From NCBI RefSeq assembly GCF_964204645.1, contig NC_134036.1:930001-994000 (forward strand): a stretch of DNA of 64,000 nt. The letters are read 5' to 3'. Shown in pieces: positions 59,166-64,000 of this stretch (positions within the stretch are counted from its first letter, which is position 1; each line of letters begins with the position of its first letter). A program made the translations under genes and the position numbers. Source of the stretch: Tubulanus polymorphus (taxonomy: Eukaryota > Animalia > Nemertea). Under the pieces are notes generated by a model that saw only the letters and a list, made by a program, of their open reading frames with translations, ran no database searches and was not told where the DNA came from.

Positions 59166-61259
59166 TTTAAATCGAGCGAGGACCTTTACGAGAAATCTTT
59201 ATGATATCGTATTTATTTCTGAGAAGGTTAAGACTGTGCAGTTCGAAACAATTTAAATGAGGAAGAAAAAAATATTTCGGACGAATGCCATCTTATTCTC
59301 AAAATACATCAAAACTCTAACTATTTCAGCTTGAAAACAATTTAAATCAGAAAGAAAAAATTATTTCAAATGAACGCCATCTTATTCTTAAAATCTCTCA
59401 TTTATTTTAGCTTTGGAATTACTAGAACTGAATTCAATTTATATCACTAGTTTTTTCAAAGAATGATTTTCATTACATGCGCTTAAAATAGAGAAAAGCG
59501 AATATTTTGGTAACGAAAAGTCTTAAAGAAAATAAGTCTAATATCGAACAATGAATTACGACCAAAATCTTGCGTCGAAATTTATTAGAAAATTCTGTTT
59601 AAAAAACGAAGAACAAATGAATAGAGATGTTTGAAGATATATATTTCAAACTGCACAGCCTACCTTATCGAAACAATTCTCAAACCTGATTTACGATTAA
59701 ATCACAAATAAATCCGGTTTAAAACAGAATAATATTCTATGAATATGTTTTACGAACACTCTCAGAGGAAACACACGCACACACGCATGAGGGGGTGCCA
59801 CACGAGAGTAACAGGTGTTTCACGTTGCCGCCGTGGTGACACTCAACAGTCACCGGGAAATAAACCATCTGTATTAATAAAACGTCAGTTTCAGCCGTAA
59901 AACGCTAAACATCGAGACGCCTCGATAAAATGTGTTCACGTGAAATATCTGCAGATCTCTTCAGATTACTCATAGTCATTAAAACTAAATCAATAGCTTT
60001 TTATGCCTGAGTGCCAGGTGAAATAGGGAGGGGGAGGGGAGTGGGGGAGAGGGGGAGGAACGAGGGAGTGAAATATGAATGATTAATCGGTGAGACTAAA
60101 ATAGTGGATACAGTTGTGAACTCAAATAGTCTGGAAATTAAAGATGTTCAATATATTTGTTCAATCTCCTAAATTCTAAAATGCTTTAAAATCTATTCTT
60201 CACTGAAATCAAAAAGAATTTAAGATAAATTTTCTGATATATGAAATTCTACATAATTTCAAAAGGATGTTTTGTTTTTATTGACAATTAAATCTATATT
60301 GAAATCCTATTACTAGTTTTACACACAGAACTGTCTTATCTCATATCTATACACCAGGGAGCCGGTTCCATAGTCATGACTTAAGACCAAAAGTGGTCTT
60401 AAATCTTAAAGACTGATCTTAAGTTGTTAGATTAGTTATAGAACTAAGTTGGACTAAGCCTTGACTATGGAACTGGTCCCTGCTAAGAATTCAATCAATT
60501 AACACAGTCAAATACGTAAGACATAGACAGAAACTGTTTGATTTTACGCGCAATCTAGAAATCTAAACAAATTTTCCCTGACTTTTCCCCAATTTTTAGC
60601 TCATTAACAAAATTCCTTGATCTTTTTAAACTATAGAAAATTTCCTGAATTTTCTCTGCTTCTTTACCAGGTAAGAAGTGCCACCCTGTTTATAACTAAA
60701 CTAGAATAAAAATATCCTACAATATGTAGTATGTATCCTGAAGCTTAATATCTCCATTATATCATTTCTTATCTAGGACCTTCCCTCATAAATATGCATC
60801 CCGTGTCTGGAGCACATCTTGCCTCTGTATAACCTTGTCCTTGCCTTCACATTCAGTAGATTATTGCTGCAGTTTCCAGCGCGACTGCCCCTGCCACAAC
60901 ACGGCCCTAGCCTGGCACCATGGCTGTTATTCAGCCCATAGCGCGCGGGCACAATGTGCGGCACATTACTCGATCAGACTCTACTCACTCCATACCCGCT
61001 GCCCACACGGGCACATGGCTCCTTGCGATGATTATTAAATTGATGAATCTATTACAAATGACAGGAGCCGAAAAGAAAGCCTGACACTGACAGTGACTGA
61101 CAGGCGCGGGGAAACCGAAGGACCGGTCCGGGGGGGGGCTTTTTTTACTAAGTAATTCTACTCACCAACTAAAGTCGCCACGATAATTCCTGGAATGATA
61201 AATATAGAGTTGTCGATGCCCTCTTTAACTGGGCCTTTAGGGTCGGTTAAATCAACCAT
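56719..61259 (-). CDS. Single-pass membrane microprotein, isoform A (71 aa)
   Basis: Exon 61259-61166 MVDLTDPKGPVKEGIDNSIFIIPGIIVATLV (G|gtgagt) plus exon 56840-56719 (ttgtttttgcag|) AFFVYKLIASLREKEKAKEEKKKLKLQRKEKEQARKLKKK*. The junction completes a hydrophobic helix. Confidence 0.8.
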
Positions 61260-61589
61260 TTTCACCCGTTAAAATCCGCCGAAAAAACGCCACCGAAATT
61301 TGACAACTGGAACCGGAAATACCGTGTACATTTACTCCACACGTCTCCGGTTCCGGTCGCAAAGTATAGAAAAATATTTTCGTAACCGCGTTTTTTTCTC
61401 TCAATAGATGGCAGCACGATTTAGTAAAAACCCGGATCTGGACTCAGTAGTCTGAAACCGGATTTTAGACAAATTCCAGATGGCAGCACTTGTCTACAGG
61501 TAAAGTACGGATTTGGAATACTGGGTCCAATGCCGGATTTTATAGTCGACTCGTATTTGAAGGTCGTCGAGCGAGGCGAAAAATAAAAA
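61260..61589. promoter_or_regulatory. Bidirectional promoter between the microprotein gene and CCNH
   Basis: Divergent ATGs 330 bp apart; CpG-rich; CCGGAA/TTCCGG (ETS-like) sites near 61313 and 61351; AGATGGCAGCA twice (near 61406 and 61478). Confidence 0.6.
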
Positions 61590-63988
61590 ATGTACCCGAG
61601 TAGTACACAACGTAAACACTGGACTTTCTCGTGTGAAAATGAACTGGATCAGTTGAGAAAAGAAGCCAATAGTAAATTCATCGCTGATAATGCGAAGAAA
61701 TTGAATTTACCGGTGAGAGCTGAAGAGAGAGAGAGAGAGAGTGAGAGAACAGGGAGAGAGAGAGGGGTCGATCGGGCGGGAGATGAAACTTCTTAAATCT
61801 TGAATTTTGCTCGTATCAGTTCAGAGTTTGGTGGGATGGGATAAGAAGGTTGGACTTAGTAAGTCCTGTTAAGGTACCAGCAGAATAATCAGCCTGTTGA
61901 TTGAGGCTGGATGATGATATTGAAGGTTTCTGATAACCACTGCCCCCGCCAGTAACCTGTGGTTTAGTTTTACGATCGGATATTTTCACAAACCACAAAG
62001 TTGGTATAAGCCAATCCGATTATAAAAAGCTTACCACCAACGATTCGGTAACTAACTAATTCTGATGATGAGTGACTGTGTCTGTCACGGGGGTAGTTAG
62101 TTACCTAATCGTTGGTGGTAAGCTTTTTATAATCGGATGGGCTTACCAACTTTGTGGTTTGTGAAAATATCCGATCGTGAAACTAAACCACAGATGGGTT
62201 ACTGACTATGACGGGGGTGGACTCTGTGGTGTATACTACTTCAGTCTGTGTGTTGCGGCAGTTCAACTGATTTCACTGTTTCTGTTTCAGGAGGAATCAT
62301 TTTTAACGGTTGCGGAAGAGAGATCTTTACTGCGTCATTACGAGTATATACTGAAAGAATTCTGCGCGCGGTTTCAACCTCCCGTACCGAGATGTGTCGT
62401 CGTAAGAGACATCCTTTTAATCCACCACTAATTATAAAATCAATTAGCCCTAGTTCGTTTAATAAATCTCGATAAATTAACATTAAGTGTTGTTTAAAAT
62501 ATTAATCATCGTTATTATATTTTAGACAAGTGAAATCTAATTAACACTGAAGCCAATTGATAGATCATTTTAATTTAATTTAATTTAATTTAATAAATCT
62601 CGATAAATGACAGTGTTTTTAAGATTAATTATCATAATATTTATTGTTATTATTATATTTTAGACAGTGAAATCTAATTAGAACTGAATTGAATTAATTG
62701 ATTTTCACTAATTACAGTTATATATTTGGATTAATTATTTTCTGATTTTGTTTGATAGAATACGGCTATGATTTATATGAAACGTGTTTTCCTGCATCAC
62801 TCGATAATGGACTATCATCCGAGAGAGATGATGTGAGTAACTGATTATTCTCTGAGGAAGGAGAGGAAGGAGAGGAGAGCTATGATTTCACACACACCTG
62901 TTTTCTGTTTCTAGGTTGGCGTGTGTTTATTTGTCGTGTAAAGTAGAGGAGTTCAACGTTTCGATCACGCAATTCGTTTCTAATTTGAAAGGTGATCGCA
63001 ACAGTTTCGCCGATCTGATTCTCGGTTGCGAGTTGCTATTGATGCAGCTGTTACACTATCACCTGACTATACACAGTCCAAGTCGCCCTCTGGAGGGATT
63101 TATCATCGACGCTAAGGTATGTCCGGGTTACAGCATGTTCGTCACAACGATATGTTCTCATCACTGATTTATATCCGAAATCTGGTAAACATAAGACTTG
63201 GACCCATGGGCTGCAGTTGCTCAAATCTTGGTTATAGTTAACCAGTGGATAGTTGACATAGTGAGTGACAACTAAAAGTACATTGTAACTATAGTAATTA
63301 TCCACCCGTTATCTTTAACCAATGGTTGAGCACCTGCAGCCCCTGCAGTTTGGGAGTTTTAGACCAAGCAGGCTGTGGGGCTTACACCTAGCAGTTTTGG
63401 AGTTTAAGACCAATCACGGGCTGCGGCTTCTCAAAAGTTGTGTAGAGTTAGCCAGCGGATAGTTGACATAGTGACAATTAAAAGTTTATTGTAACTATGC
63501 TATTTATCCGCCGGGTAACTTAAACTGCAGTCCCTGAACGTCAAGATGGTTGACTGGCTGATTTCAATCCCTGTATTCATTTTTCCTTTCTCTGAAGATG
63601 GAGTTCAGTCAAAATGTCAACTGTCAGAAAATAAATTCTTAAATATCATCAACTGTGGATTTTGCCTATTAATATCAGATTCCAACTTATCCAGATATAA
63701 ACTGTAGATTTTGAGAATATTCATGATATTTCTTTCGCCTTTTTCAGACGCGTTGCCCAGAATTTGCCGACAAAATGGACTCGTTACGGAAAGGAGCCGA
63801 AAGTTTCATCGATCGTTCGTTGAACAGCGACGTCTGCCTGCTATTCTCACCGTCCCAGGTGGCGCTAGCCGGTCTGTTACACAGCGCTAAAAAAGCCAGT
63901 TTGAATTTAGATTCTTACGTCACTAAGATTCTCGTCGGCGACGACGACGACAAAAATAAACTACCTCGACTTATCGAGCAGATTAAAA
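61590..63988 (+). CDS. CCNH: Cyclin H (CAK/TFIIH subunit); 3' end beyond window
   Basis: Exons 61590-61712, 62291-62401, 62759-62832, 62915-63116, 63748-~63988: [80 protein letters not shown]. Confidence 0.95.
61950..62205. repeat. Long inverted repeat (~105-bp arms, ~36-nt loop) in CCNH intron 1
   Basis: ctgtggtttagttttacgatcggatattttcacaaaccacaaagttggt...ggtaactaacta is mirrored by tagttagttacc...accaactttgtggtttgtgaaaatatccgatcgtgaaactaaaccacag. Confidence 0.9.
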
Positions 63989-64000
63989 GTAACTATCAAA

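Noticed and set aside
60780-61130. GC-richer intronic stretch as a structured ncRNA or snoRNA
   Set aside because: Only a 7-bp stem (ggctcct/aggagcc); box C/D-like words are on the strand opposite the host gene; no recognisable RNA family.

Overview
Eukaryotic, intron-rich, AT-rich DNA from a bilaterian invertebrate (probably a lophotrochozoan; this is inference). I can assemble seven spliced protein-coding genes by hand from GT-AG boundaries: (1) an HR3/ROR (NR1F) nuclear receptor on the minus strand, whose ligand-binding domain lies off the left edge; (2) TMEM232 (+); (3) a FER/FES tyrosine kinase (-); (4) RAMAC/FAM103A1 (+); (5) a ~939-aa protein with 10 C2H2 zinc fingers (-); (6) a single-pass microprotein gene (-) with two alternative N-terminal exons, largely missed by the ORF track; (7) cyclin H (+), running off the right edge. 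Three gene pairs are head-to-head. Introns are dense with short palindromic MITE-like elements (CWG-flanked and TTAA-flanked), minisatellites and GA tracts. The most interesting signals are a modular HR3 N-terminus (2-3 first exons plus four phase-1 cassette exons arranged as a duplicated pair, with inverted intronic repeats placed to loop exons out) and the two-headed microprotein gene. There is no CRISPR array, rRNA, tRNA or autonomous transposon ORF. All exon models are manual and need RNA-seq confirmation.
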